From an uncultured Candidatus Saccharibacteria bacterium (GTDB lineage Bacteria > Patescibacteriota > Minisyncoccia > Phycocordibacterales > Phycocordibacteraceae), in the NCBI GenBank assembly GCA_964507275.1, contig CAZDPG010000001.1, positions 404,577-468,576 of the forward strand: a stretch of DNA of 64,000 bases, written 5' to 3'. Under the pieces are notes generated by a model. It saw nothing but the letters and a program-made list of their open reading frames with translations, was not told where the DNA came from and ran no database searches. Both the position numbers and the translations under genes were made by a program. This document shows positions 45,704 through 55,716 of this stretch, piece after piece (position 1 is the stretch's first letter; each line of letters starts with the position of its first letter).

Positions 45704-47005
45704 GTGGAAGTAATGGATCGATCCATACGCAACTTCGAGTCGCTTGCCGAGAATGAACTGCGTCTCTCTGCGCTTGCCATTGCCGAAGCAGGCTATGCAG
45801 CTATCGATGTCGGTGCGGCGCTCATTCGGAAGCTTCATATCGAAAATGACGAGCTTCATATTAATGACACACGCTTCCGTCTCGCCGGCCGCCGTGTATT
45901 CTTCGTAGGAGTCGGCAAGTGCGCCGTCGCTGCGGCGGAAACGATAGAGACCTTGCTGGGTGACCGCCTTACCGGCGGCATTGCGCTCGACGTCGCATCT
46001 TCCACGCATTCAAATCTGACGAAAATAGAGACCCTCATCGGCACGCATCCGCTCCCGAGCGAGGCCAATGAAACCGCAACGGAGCGAATTATCTCACTTC
46101 TCTCTGGATGCACGGGGGATGATCTTGTGATTATGCTCATCTCAGGAGGAGGTTCGACACTACTCTGTTTGAACAAAGCTCCTATGACCTGTGTCGATGA
46201 GAGTATACTCTTCTCCAGTCTGACAGCACGCGGCGCATCGATACAGGATATAAATACAGTGCGGAAGCATACCTCGTTTGCGCGCGGCGGCGGACTCGCC
46301 AAGACAGCCTACCCGGCCGAAGTTATCTCGCTCATTGTCTCTGATGTTCCTGATAACGACATTGGATTCATCGCTTCTGGTCCAACCGTGCGCGACACAT
46401 CGACAATTGAAGACGCTCGAGCGATTCTCAAGCGGTACGACGTACTCCCGTCAGAAGGATTTGAATTCTTAGAAACACCAAAGGATCAGAAATATTTCGA
46501 CCACGTAGATAACATCCTCTTTCTTACAAACCAGGATGCCCTTTTCGCCATGAGAGAAGAGTCGGCGCGGCGAGGATACACTGCCACCATCATGGACGAT
46601 CACGTGACGGGAGAAGCGGCGCAGGTTGGACGCACCATTGTAGAAGCGCTTCATGGCGCTCCGTCAAAGAGCGTCCTTTTGTATGCTGGCGAGAGCACCG
46701 TGACGGTGAAAGGACGTTCTGGAGCAGGAGGACGCAATCAGGAAATGGCACTCAGTGCACTTGAGCATCTCCATCCTAACGAACTCCTGCTTCCTCTTGC
46801 CTCTGACGGCCATGACAATACCGATCATGCTGGCGCGATTGCTGACGCGACAACCCAGGCGCACGCCGATGCTCATAATCTCTCAATCAGAGAGCATCTC
46901 GACGTCCATGCTTCGTATGATTTCTTCACAACATCTGGCGATGCCGTTTTGACGGGCTATACTGGATCAAACGTGTCCGACATTATTATCGCTATAAAAG
47001 ACTAA
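45704..47005 (+). CDS. Glycerate 2-kinase (MOFRL family)
   Basis: 433 aa with DUF4147 at the N-terminus and MOFRL at the C-terminus (GGRNQEMALSAL). Confidence 0.8.
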   Translation: MEVMDRSIRNFESLAENELRLSALAIAEAGYAAIDVGAALIRKLHIENDELHINDTRFRLAGRRVFFVGVGKCAVAAAETIETLLGDRLTGGIALDVASSTHSNLTKIETLIGTHPLPSEANETATERIISLLSGCTGDDLVIMLISGGGSTLLCLNKAPMTCVDESILFSSLTARGASIQDINTVRKHTSFARGGGLAKTAYPAEVISLIVSDVPDNDIGFIASGPTVRDTSTIEDARAILKRYDVLPSEGFEFLETPKDQKYFDHVDNILFLTNQDALFAMREESARRGYTATIMDDHVTGEAAQVGRTIVEALHGAPSKSVLLYAGESTVTVKGRSGAGGRNQEMALSALEHLHPNELLLPLASDGHDNTDHAGAIADATTQAHADAHNLSIREHLDVHASYDFFTTSGDAVLTGYTGSNVSDIIIAIKD

Positions 47006-47008
47006 CTC

Positions 47009-49432
47009 ATGAATACCTACCCCAATATCCTCTGGATGCGCGACATCGGCATGGATGATGTGCCCCACGTGGGCGGGAAGAACGCCTCGCTTGGCGAGAT
47101 GATTCGCACGCTCGTCCCACAGGGTATCCGCGTTCCCGAGGGATTCTGCATCACAGCCGAGGCTTACTATTTTTATCTTAAAGAAACCGGGCTTGATGTT
47201 TTCATAGAGACGACACTTAAGGATCTTGACACAAGAAACCTAAAAGAACTCTCGCGTTCGGCAAAGCTTGTGCGCGAAAAGATGCGCGCCACGCCTTTCC
47301 CCGCGACTCTCGAAAAAGAGATCGCGGAAGCCTATGCGCTCATGGAGGAGCAGTATGGAAAGAACGTCGACTGCGCCGTCCGCTCTTCGGCAACAGCCGA
47401 AGACCTGCCGGGTGCTTCGTTCGCGGGAGAGCAAGAGACCTATCTCAATATCCGCGGCGAGAAAGATATCGTCCGCGCTGCCGTCTGGACGATGGCTTCC
47501 CTCTTTACCGACCGCGCTATCTCCTATCGCGCTGACAAGGGATTCGACCACATGAAAGTCGCCCTCTCTGTCGGCGTGCAGAAGATGGTCCGTTCGGATA
47601 AGGGTGCTTCTGGTGTCATGTTTTCGGTCGACACCGAGAGCGGTTTCCGCGATGTCGTCGTCGTGAATGCGACCTACGGCCTCGGAGAGATGATTGTACA
47701 AGGACACGTCACGCCGGACGAATACCTCGTCTCTAAATCGAGAATCGGCAAAGTACCATCACCCATCATCCTGAAGAAGCTCGGTACGAACCTCAAGAAG
47801 ATGATATACGACACCGGCAAGAGCGGTGTGCAGCAGACGAAAGTCATTGCGACGCCTCCTGCTCTCACACGGCGATTCGTGCTCACCGATGATGAAATCC
47901 TGACCATGGCTTCATGGGGAGCCCTCATCGAGAAGCACTACACCGAACGGGCACATACATGGACACCGATGGATATGGAGTGGGCAAAGGATGGTGTGAC
48001 CGGAGAGCTCTTCATCGTGCAGGCACGACCCGAGACCGTACAAGCCGAGCGCGATTACACCAAGCTCGTCGAATATAAAGTTACCAAGCAAGGCAAAGAG
48101 CTTGCTCGTGGCATCTCGGTCGGATCGAAGGTCGCCACCGGCACCGTGCACGTGATTATGAACCCAAAACAAATCAAAGAGTTTAAAGAGGGTGAAATCC
48201 TCGTCACGACGATGACCGATCCTGACTGGGAGCCAATTATGAAGATGGCGAGCGCCATCGTGACCGACAAGGGCGGCCGCACGAGCCACGCGGCCATCGT
48301 GTCGCGCGAGCTCGGTCTTCCCGCGATCGTAGGTACCGGAACTGCGACCCGCGTCCTGAAGAATGGCACGATGATTACTGTCGACACCACTGGAAGCGCC
48401 GGCATCATCACGGCCGGAAAAGCGAACATCGTGATGCACGAGCACTCGCTCGGAGCTCTTCCCCCGACGAAGACCAAGATCATGGTAAATATCGCTTCGC
48501 CGGATATCGCGTTCGAGCGGTCGTTCCTGCCAGTCGCAGGCGTCGGACTCGCACGCGAGGAGTTCATCATCGCGTCGACTATCGGCATGCACCCGCTCGC
48601 ACTCCTCAATTTCAAGAAGCTCTCACCGAAACTCCGTGCCGCCATCAAGGAGAAGATTGCCGGCTGGGATGATCCGGTCGAGTTCTACGTCGACAACCTC
48701 GCCTATGGCATCGCAAAGATTGGTGCCGCTTTCAGCCCACGTCCGGTCATCGTCCGATTCTCCGATTTCAAGACGAACGAATACTCCACGCTCCTCGGCG
48801 GTGAAGATTATGAACCGGATGAAGAGAATCCGATGATTGGCTGGCGCGGTGCTTCGCGCTATTACGACCCGAAATTCAAAGAAGCATTCGCGCTTGAGTG
48901 CCGCGCATTCGTGAAAGTTCGCGAAGAGATGGGACTCGATAATGTCATCCCGATGATTCCCTTCTGCCGCACCGTGCGTGAGGCGGAGCAGGTGCTCGCT
49001 ACCATGAAAGAGCACGGACTCGTCGCGAAATCGCTTGGGAAAGGAGGCGAAAAGACGACACCGGTCTATATGATGTGCGAGATACCGTCGAATGTACTCC
49101 TTGCGGAGGAATTCCTCGATCTGTTCGATGGCATGTCGATCGGGTCAAACGACCTCACCCAACTCACGCTCGGTCTCGATCGCGATTCTGGCATCGTCAC
49201 GCATATTGGTAACGAGAATGATGAAGCCGTCCGCGCGCTCATTAGCATGATCATCCGCAAGTGCCGTGCGCGCGGGAAATATCTCGGCATCTGCGGACAA
49301 GGACCTTCCGATCTCCCTGACTTCGCCGAGTTCCTCGTGAAGGAAGGTATCGAGAGTATGTCGCTCAACCCTGATTCCGTCGTGAAGACGGTCGAGCATG
49401 TCGCCCAGATAGAAGAACGACTCTCTCATTAA
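47009..49432 (+). CDS. ppsA: Phosphoenolpyruvate synthase (pyruvate, water dikinase)
   Basis: 807 aa. N-terminal ATP-grasp (VGGKNASLGEM), catalytic-His mobile domain (GGRTSHAAIVSRELGLPAIVG) and a C-terminal PEP-utilising TIM barrel. Confidence 0.9.
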   Translation: MNTYPNILWMRDIGMDDVPHVGGKNASLGEMIRTLVPQGIRVPEGFCITAEAYYFYLKETGLDVFIETTLKDLDTRNLKELSRSAKLVREKMRATPFPATLEKEIAEAYALMEEQYGKNVDCAVRSSATAEDLPGASFAGEQETYLNIRGEKDIVRAAVWTMASLFTDRAISYRADKGFDHMKVALSVGVQKMVRSDKGASGVMFSVDTESGFRDVVVVNATYGLGEMIVQGHVTPDEYLVSKSRIGKVPSPIILKKLGTNLKKMIYDTGKSGVQQTKVIATPPALTRRFVLTDDEILTMASWGALIEKHYTERAHTWTPMDMEWAKDGVTGELFIVQARPETVQAERDYTKLVEYKVTKQGKELARGISVGSKVATGTVHVIMNPKQIKEFKEGEILVTTMTDPDWEPIMKMASAIVTDKGGRTSHAAIVSRELGLPAIVGTGTATRVLKNGTMITVDTTGSAGIITAGKANIVMHEHSLGALPPTKTKIMVNIASPDIAFERSFLPVAGVGLAREEFIIASTIGMHPLALLNFKKLSPKLRAAIKEKIAGWDDPVEFYVDNLAYGIAKIGAAFSPRPVIVRFSDFKTNEYSTLLGGEDYEPDEENPMIGWRGASRYYDPKFKEAFALECRAFVKVREEMGLDNVIPMIPFCRTVREAEQVLATMKEHGLVAKSLGKGGEKTTPVYMMCEIPSNVLLAEEFLDLFDGMSIGSNDLTQLTLGLDRDSGIVTHIGNENDEAVRALISMIIRKCRARGKYLGICGQGPSDLPDFAEFLVKEGIESMSLNPDSVVKTVEHVAQIEERLSH

Positions 49433-49433
49433 T

Positions 49434-50621
49434 ATGCGTATCGACACGATTAGTGCCCGAACGATTCTCGACACGCGCGGACGTCCGACCATAGAGACGA
49501 CCCTTTCTTCCGAAAGTCTCTCGGCCACAGCTTCCGTTCCCTCAGGGAAGAGCACCGGCTCGCATGAAGCTCTTGAGCTGCGCGATACTGACGGCGGCGT
49601 TGCGACGGCGATTGAGCATGTAACCAATGAGATTGCACGGACCATCACTGGACGTGATTTCGCTTCACCTGACGAAATAGACGAGCTCCTCATTACTCTC
49701 GATGGCACACCGAACAAGTCACGGCTCGGAGCAAATGCGATTCTCTCAGTCTCAATCGCGACAGAGCGGCTTTTTGCAGCCGCAGCAGGTCAACCGCTTT
49801 GGAAAGCAATCGCCCATCGAGCCGGGACGACACCGCGTGCGCCGCGACTTTTTATGAACGTAATGAACGGCGGCGTTCATGCAGATTTCAAACTGCCATT
49901 TCAGGAATACATCCTTGTTGTCGAGGGTACGACAAGCGAGGCACTCCCTATTGCGCGCGAGGCATTTACGAAATTGGGAGAGCAGCTCGGCAATGTCCCC
50001 ATGGGCGACGAGGGGGGCTACGCTCCGACATTCGATACGCTCGAACGTCCCTTTGAATTGCTTGCCAGTATCGTCGCGGAGTTTCCAGGCACATCGATAG
50101 CGATCGACGCTGCTGCAAGCGAATTCTTCAAAGAAGACAGGTATCACCTCCTCGGAGCGTCATATACTGCCGAGGAGCTTTTGCGAATATACGAGAACCT
50201 GGTTGAACGCTTCCCCCTCAAGAGTATTGAGGATCCTTTTGACGAAGACGCGGCGAGCGACTTCGCGCGACTTACTTCCGCACTCTCCGAAAAGGCGCTC
50301 ATCGTCGGCGATGACTTCACCGTCACCAATCCCGCACGTATTGAGAGCGCGATAGCACAAAAGGCAATCAACGCGGTACTCATCAAACCGAACCAGATTG
50401 GTACGGTACGCGAAGTCATCCGTGCTGTGCAGATGACCCATGCCGCAGGACTCGAGACTATCGCGTCGCACCGGTCCGGAGAGACCGATGACACCTTCAT
50501 CGCGGACTTTGCCTATGGCACGAGTGCTTACGGCATTAAAGCCGGCGGTCTCGGCCAGAAGGAACGTCTGGAGAAATACGAGCGTCTGCTCGCCATAGAG
50601 CAAGAAAGCAAAACCGTGTAG
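49434..50621 (+). CDS. eno: Enolase
   Basis: 395 aa; ARTILDTRGRPTIE, the LIKPNQIGT...SHRSGETED signature. Confidence 0.95.
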   Translation: MRIDTISARTILDTRGRPTIETTLSSESLSATASVPSGKSTGSHEALELRDTDGGVATAIEHVTNEIARTITGRDFASPDEIDELLITLDGTPNKSRLGANAILSVSIATERLFAAAAGQPLWKAIAHRAGTTPRAPRLFMNVMNGGVHADFKLPFQEYILVVEGTTSEALPIAREAFTKLGEQLGNVPMGDEGGYAPTFDTLERPFELLASIVAEFPGTSIAIDAAASEFFKEDRYHLLGASYTAEELLRIYENLVERFPLKSIEDPFDEDAASDFARLTSALSEKALIVGDDFTVTNPARIESAIAQKAINAVLIKPNQIGTVREVIRAVQMTHAAGLETIASHRSGETDDTFIADFAYGTSAYGIKAGGLGQKERLEKYERLLAIEQESKTV

Positions 50622-50635
50622 AATATACAGCATCT

Positions 50636-51643
50636 ATGAAAATCCATTATTTCTCGAGCGAGTCGTGGGAGGAAGAGTTCGTCCGTGCGAGACTACCAGA
50701 TACCGAAATCGTCTTCCATGAAGACTCACTCGCCACATATCCGGATCTGACCGACTCGGATGCGACCGTGCTCTGCACGTTCATCGAATCCCCTATCGGG
50801 GCGACAGAGATGGACCGCTTCCCTTCTTTGAAGCTTATCGCAACACGCTCGACTGGCTTCGATCATATCGACCTCGCTGCCGCTGAGGAACGCGGTATCT
50901 TGGTGGCGAACGTCCCTTCGTATGGAGAGAACACGGTCGCTGAATTTACATTCGCGCTTATCCTCTCACTCTCACGACGCATCCCTGAGGCGCGTGAGAG
51001 CGTTGTGCGGGGGGCATTTTCACCGGCAGACCTGCGCGGCTTCGATCTTGCTGGGAAGACTCTCGGCGTCATCGGCTGCGGGCACATCGGTGCGCACGTC
51101 ATCCGCATGGCAAATGGCTTCGGCATGAACGTTCTCGGATTCGAGACGCATCAGGATGCGGAGCGGGCTCGCTCGCTCGGGTTCACCTATGCGTCGCTCC
51201 CTGATCTGCTCGCCGCCTCCGACGTCGTCTCGCTTCATGTCCCGTACAACGTCCATACGCATCACCTCATCAACAAAGAGAATATTGGTCTCCTGAAGAA
51301 AGGAGCGTACCTCATCAACACCGCCCGCGGTGCAGTCGTCGAGACGGAGGCACTCACTGCTGCACTCGAGAGCGGCGCGCTTGCCGGCGCAGGACTCGAC
51401 GTCCTCGAGGAGGAAGGCGACCTCGACGATGAAATGAAGCTCCTCTCAATGCCGCATCCAAATGCGGAGTCACTCAAGATTACACTTGAGAATCACTACC
51501 TGATCAGCCATCCACGCGTCCTCGTGACGCCACACCTTGCTTTCAACACGACTGAGGCTATTGAACGTATTCTCGATACCACGATTAGCAATATCAGTTC
51601 ATTCTCTGCCGGATCGCCAGTGAATACGGTTGCTCGCTCGTAG
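50636..51643 (+). CDS. D-isomer-specific 2-hydroxyacid dehydrogenase (NAD-binding)
   Basis: 335 aa; GxGxxG is LGVIGCGHIGAHV, plus the catalytic R/E/H region. Confidence 0.85.
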   Translation: MKIHYFSSESWEEEFVRARLPDTEIVFHEDSLATYPDLTDSDATVLCTFIESPIGATEMDRFPSLKLIATRSTGFDHIDLAAAEERGILVANVPSYGENTVAEFTFALILSLSRRIPEARESVVRGAFSPADLRGFDLAGKTLGVIGCGHIGAHVIRMANGFGMNVLGFETHQDAERARSLGFTYASLPDLLAASDVVSLHVPYNVHTHHLINKENIGLLKKGAYLINTARGAVVETEALTAALESGALAGAGLDVLEEEGDLDDEMKLLSMPHPNAESLKITLENHYLISHPRVLVTPHLAFNTTEAIERILDTTISNISSFSAGSPVNTVARS

Positions 51644-51653
51644 TAAATCTCGC

Positions 51654-52166
51654 ATGTCGATTCCAAAAAGACCGTTCCCGGGCAGTCATATCTTACTTTC
51701 CGTAGGGATGATACTCTCCTCATCCGCGTATGCGGTATGGCAATACATGCACGGACAGCAATCCGTCGTATCTCCGTCTGAACAATTTAGGAATGCAAAT
51801 AAGACCTTCCAAGAAGCGCTCCGGACTGGTCCGACACCGACTGGTTCGCCGATGATGGGCAGTGGGCCTATGATGCGTCTTGGTTCTTATGTCGACGGTT
51901 CATACACTGGAAGCACCGAAGACGCTTACTACGGCATGGTTCAAGTGAAGGCCATCGTGACGAATGGGAAGATCGTTGATGTGCAGTTCCTCCAGCATCC
52001 TAGTTCCCATGAGAACTCTATCTTCATCAACGGCCGCGCGATGCCGCTCCTCACCCAAGAAGCACTCCGAGTCCAGAGCGCACAAGTAGACGGCGTCTCT
52101 GGTGCGACCTTCACCAGCGGAGCTTTCAAGCAATCGCTTGCCACGGCTCTCGCGCAGGCACAATAA
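51654..52166 (+). CDS. FMN-binding-domain protein (likely ApbE flavinylation substrate)
   Basis: N-terminal TM; the motif DGVSGATFTSGAF matches the D-x-[ST]-GA-[ST] flavinylation site. The ORF track starts at TTG 51630; ATG 51654 is preferred. Confidence 0.65.
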   Translation: MSIPKRPFPGSHILLSVGMILSSSAYAVWQYMHGQQSVVSPSEQFRNANKTFQEALRTGPTPTGSPMMGSGPMMRLGSYVDGSYTGSTEDAYYGMVQVKAIVTNGKIVDVQFLQHPSSHENSIFINGRAMPLLTQEALRVQSAQVDGVSGATFTSGAFKQSLATALAQAQ

Positions 52167-52167
52167 T

Positions 52168-53667
52168 ATGCTGTCCTTCGTTGACACGTTCCTCAATAAG
52201 ATCACGATGTATCGCCTCGTGTTGCAGTACCTCATGGTCCTGCTCGGCGCTGCAGCCATTGCGAGTTTGTTCGGCCTTCTTTCATTCAGTTTCTTCGATC
52301 TCATATTCTCGACCGCAATCATCCTCGCGACATGCTGGATATCTAATGCGGTGTTCGCTCGAGGCTTTGGCGCAGCACGGAATGTCGAGTCTGCGTATAT
52401 CACCGGGTTCATCCTTGCACTCATCGTGAGTCCGGTCGCCCCTTCCGACGGCGCTGGCGTCGGGTTCCTTATCTTCGTTTCGGCATGGGCAATGGCTTCG
52501 AAATACATATTCGCCATCGGCAAGAAGCATATCTTCAATCCAGCCGCATTCGGTGTTGCGCTCGGCGCACTCATGCTCGGACAATCAGCGACCTGGTGGG
52601 TCGCAAGCAGCACGGTACTCATGCCGCTCGTCGTAATCGGCGGATTCCTCGTCGTCCATAAGATACGCCGATTCGACCTGGTAGCCGCCTTCTCGGTCGT
52701 GGCGCTCACGGCCGTCGTCGTCACATCCTCTTCTGGCGGTGCCCTGACTCATCTCGCGCAAACGGTTCTGTATTCCCCATTTTCTTTCCTTACGCTCGTG
52801 ATGCTCACCGAGCCCCTGACGATGCCGCCGAGTCGCTTCTTGCGGGTGGGATATGCAGCAATCGTCGGCGTCCTGTTTGGTTCCCTGTATCTATCGCCTG
52901 AGCTCGCGCTTCTTGTGGGGAACGTCTTCGTATATATAGTCAGTCCGAAGAGACGCTTTATCCTGACCCTAGTAGAGAAAAACAAGATTGCTGATGCCAC
53001 CTATGAATTCGTTTTCGCACCAGATCATGCACTCAGCTTCCGCCCAGGACAGTACTTAGAATGGACGCTCGGACACCCCGCTGCTGACAATCGCGGCAAT
53101 CGCCGGTTCTTCACGATCGCTTCATCACCGACCGAGAAGACCGTGCGGCTCGGAGTGAAATTCTATGCTCCCGAGAGCAGCTTCAAACAAGCGCTTCTGG
53201 CGATGCAGCCGGACGACACGATATCGGCCGCGCAGGTCGCAGGAGACTTCGTGATGCCACGCGATAAAAAGAAGAAGCTTGTCTTCATCGCTGGCGGCAT
53301 TGGTGTCACCCCCTTCCGCAGCATGGTGCAGTACCTCATCGATACTAAAGAGGAACGGGCAGTGACGCTCCTTTATTCAAACAAGACCGTGAACGAAGTC
53401 GCTTATAAGGACGTATTTGACCAAGCCGCACGAGAAATCGGCATGAAGACGGTCTATGCATTTACAGACGAACCGAATCCTGTACCGAATGCCCATAACG
53501 GATTCATTGACCGGGCACTCATCGAGAGAGAGCTTCCTGACTACAAAGATTGCGTCTTCTATATTTCCGGCCCACACGGCATGGTGGTCGCATTCAAGAA
53601 GACATTGAGCGATATGGGTGTATCCCGTTTCAACATCAAGACGGATTACTTCCCTGGTTTTGCTTAG
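52168..53667 (+). CDS. Membrane oxidoreductase: polytopic N-terminal domain fused to an FNR-type FAD/NAD(P)-binding reductase domain
   Basis: About 8 TM helices (HIFNPAAFG), then RFFTIASSP (FAD-binding RxYS-like) and GGIGVTPF (NAD-binding). The start ATG 52168 follows the upstream stop by 1 nt. Confidence 0.7.
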   Translation: MLSFVDTFLNKITMYRLVLQYLMVLLGAAAIASLFGLLSFSFFDLIFSTAIILATCWISNAVFARGFGAARNVESAYITGFILALIVSPVAPSDGAGVGFLIFVSAWAMASKYIFAIGKKHIFNPAAFGVALGALMLGQSATWWVASSTVLMPLVVIGGFLVVHKIRRFDLVAAFSVVALTAVVVTSSSGGALTHLAQTVLYSPFSFLTLVMLTEPLTMPPSRFLRVGYAAIVGVLFGSLYLSPELALLVGNVFVYIVSPKRRFILTLVEKNKIADATYEFVFAPDHALSFRPGQYLEWTLGHPAADNRGNRRFFTIASSPTEKTVRLGVKFYAPESSFKQALLAMQPDDTISAAQVAGDFVMPRDKKKKLVFIAGGIGVTPFRSMVQYLIDTKEERAVTLLYSNKTVNEVAYKDVFDQAAREIGMKTVYAFTDEPNPVPNAHNGFIDRALIERELPDYKDCVFYISGPHGMVVAFKKTLSDMGVSRFNIKTDYFPGFA

Positions 53668-53701
53668 AAATCAGCCGTCTTACCTGGTGCGTAGTCAACG
53701 C

Positions 53702-53729
53702 AAAAGCCGCTCTTTCGAGCGGCTTTTGC
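53702..53729 (+). terminator. Rho-independent terminator (bidirectional-looking)
   Basis: aaaagccgctc tttc gagcggctttt, flanked by an A-run and a T-run. Confidence 0.75.
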
Positions 53730-53762
53730 TTACGTGATGCCTGGCGGTACTGTGGCCGGTAC

Positions 53763-53806
53763 TGGTTCCTGGAGTCACAACCGTGTTGCGGGGTCCATTA
53801 TCGAAC
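53763..53806. repeat. Displaced, degenerate copy of the tRNA-Met(CAT) 3' end plus ~22-nt trailer (att-like direct repeat, copy 1; copy 2 at 56308..56350)
   Basis: tggttcctgGAGtcacaaccgtgttgcgggg-tccattatcgaac aligned with tggttcctgCGtcacaaccgtgttgcggggg-ccggaatcgaac. It contains CCCCGCAA (acceptor 3' strand plus A72 A73) and a T-arm remnant in the same orientation as the tRNA. Confidence 0.6.
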
Positions 53807-53904
53807 TGGACTTTCTACGGCCTAGATGCTCAAAGTCTTAGTTCGATTCCGGTGCCCGTCTTTCTCAATACTGAGAACCCGTGCTCATAAATTACTGCTA
53901 GAAT

Positions 53905-54327
53905 ATGATGGGAGCTTTTACTCAGACTAAATTAGGATATCTTATGGACATCACCGTATTTCTTGCTCAGATCTGGGGGCCAGTTATCATCGCAGTCGGA
54001 ATCGGCGTCTATACGAGTCGCAGTTACTACCTCAAGATCTACCATGAACTCGAGAATGAGGCGTTTGCTGTTCTTATCTTCGGTATGGTGGCTCTTGCGG
54101 CGGGTATTGTTCACATACAGGTTCATAACCTATGGGATACGCTTCCGCAGATTGTGGTGAGTCTTCTCGGTTGGGGACTTCTCCTTAAGGGAATTGTTTG
54201 CACCTCCTTCCCGCGTATTGCCGATCGCGCTGGGGACTGGTGGGTCAGTACGAAACTGATTCCTGTAGCTGGTGGTTTTATGTTCTTTCTTGGAGCATAT
54301 CTCTCTTGGTTCGGGTACTTCGCATAG
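53905..54327 (+). CDS. Hypothetical 4-TM membrane protein (islet cargo)
   Basis: 140 aa, hydrophobic. Confidence 0.45.
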   Translation: MMGAFTQTKLGYLMDITVFLAQIWGPVIIAVGIGVYTSRSYYLKIYHELENEAFAVLIFGMVALAAGIVHIQVHNLWDTLPQIVVSLLGWGLLLKGIVCTSFPRIADRAGDWWVSTKLIPVAGGFMFFLGAYLSWFGYFA

Positions 54328-54336
54328 TCTCTACTC

Positions 54337-55716
54337 GTGACGAACGGAAAGAGAACTTACGGGCTTGAAAGACGTGCATACACTACAACTCGGACGTTGC
54401 TTAGGTTATTGCGGTCTGAACCTATAAAACGCGTACCGAAGCAGTTAGCACGCAAGAAAATCAAGATCGCTTTTATTCATAACGAAAAGAAGATTCATGT
54501 CGGTGCGCATACTGGAGCCGCACAAATCAATCGGCTCATGTCTGCCGCGCTCGCAGAACATGGGATAGAGGTTCGCAACTTCTATCCACGAACACAACTC
54601 ACCGATACTCCCGTGCATTTGAAAGGTCTCGCTAATATCCTTTTCTTCTACTCCCTGCTTGAACATAAAGAGGCCATGCTCAAGTATGACATCATTCAAG
54701 GAACGACATATACTCCGCTCCCTCTTCTTTCATTCAACGTACCGACGGTATGCCACTTTGGATCAACCGCGCGAGGATACCTCGAATCTACCCCCCGCAC
54801 CTCGGACATGTCCGAAGAAGAGCGTAGTGTCTTCAAGGAAATATTGCGGCTCGCCATCATACCGGAGTTTGACCTTAAGACCATGCGTCCGATCGAGGAT
54901 ATTGCAGATATTGAAGCTATTACCGCGACACGCGCGACGGCCTGTATCGCCACATCGCAAAAAGTGCGAGACGAACTCATTCAGATAGGTGTTGCCGTCG
55001 ACCGTATTCGCGTTATTCATAACGCGATCGAAGATTATTGGTTTGACCCTCCGCGCGATGTCATTCGACAACCCCCACACTTAGTATTCCTCGGCCGGCT
55101 CGGTAATGATGTATTTACTCTCAAGCTAAAAGGACTGTCTCGGTTGGTGCAACTGTACCGAGCGTTTCCCGATACGCCTAAGACAACCGTCTGTATGACT
55201 ACGAATCGCAAACTCAAAGAGTGGTTGCGAGTCTCTTTCCCGAAGCACTATATGTACGTCAATCTTCGCAAGGACCTCATTCCGGGTGCGCTCGCGCCGC
55301 TGTACGGTAGCATCCTCCTCCTGACTTCTCGTTATGAAGGGTTCTCTCTTAGTCTTGTCGAGGGAATGTCGCAAGGACTTGTGCCGATTACGTTTTCTGT
55401 GGGGGTCGCGCCTGAAATCATCCGCCATGGAGAGAACGGATTTTTAGTATCAACGATGAGCGAAGCGATATCCTGCGTTAAGGAGCTGCTCGCTAACGAA
55501 GAGAAGCGTCTTGCTATGGCGGATGCCGCGAAGCAAACTGCTGAACAATTCCGAAGTACGCGTATCGCAATGGAACTTGAAATGCTCTACCGAAGTATTA
55601 AGGAAAATCGCATCTGCGAGAACCATTCTGCTCTTTCACCCGAATCAGAGAAAAAGAATCGCACAGACAAGAATGATGCTCGCCAGAATATTAAACACGG
55701 AAGCGATACCGAGTGA
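54337..55716 (+). CDS. GT4-family (GT-B) glycosyltransferase
   Basis: C-terminal EGFSLSLVEGMSQGLVPI (E-x7-E) motif. The N-terminal start is uncertain; the low-complexity C-terminal tail overlaps the convergent ORF by ~70 nt. Confidence 0.65.
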   Translation: MTNGKRTYGLERRAYTTTRTLLRLLRSEPIKRVPKQLARKKIKIAFIHNEKKIHVGAHTGAAQINRLMSAALAEHGIEVRNFYPRTQLTDTPVHLKGLANILFFYSLLEHKEAMLKYDIIQGTTYTPLPLLSFNVPTVCHFGSTARGYLESTPRTSDMSEEERSVFKEILRLAIIPEFDLKTMRPIEDIADIEAITATRATACIATSQKVRDELIQIGVAVDRIRVIHNAIEDYWFDPPRDVIRQPPHLVFLGRLGNDVFTLKLKGLSRLVQLYRAFPDTPKTTVCMTTNRKLKEWLRVSFPKHYMYVNLRKDLIPGALAPLYGSILLLTSRYEGFSLSLVEGMSQGLVPITFSVGVAPEIIRHGENGFLVSTMSEAISCVKELLANEEKRLAMADAAKQTAEQFRSTRIAMELEMLYRSIKENRICENHSALSPESEKKNRTDKNDARQNIKHGSDTE

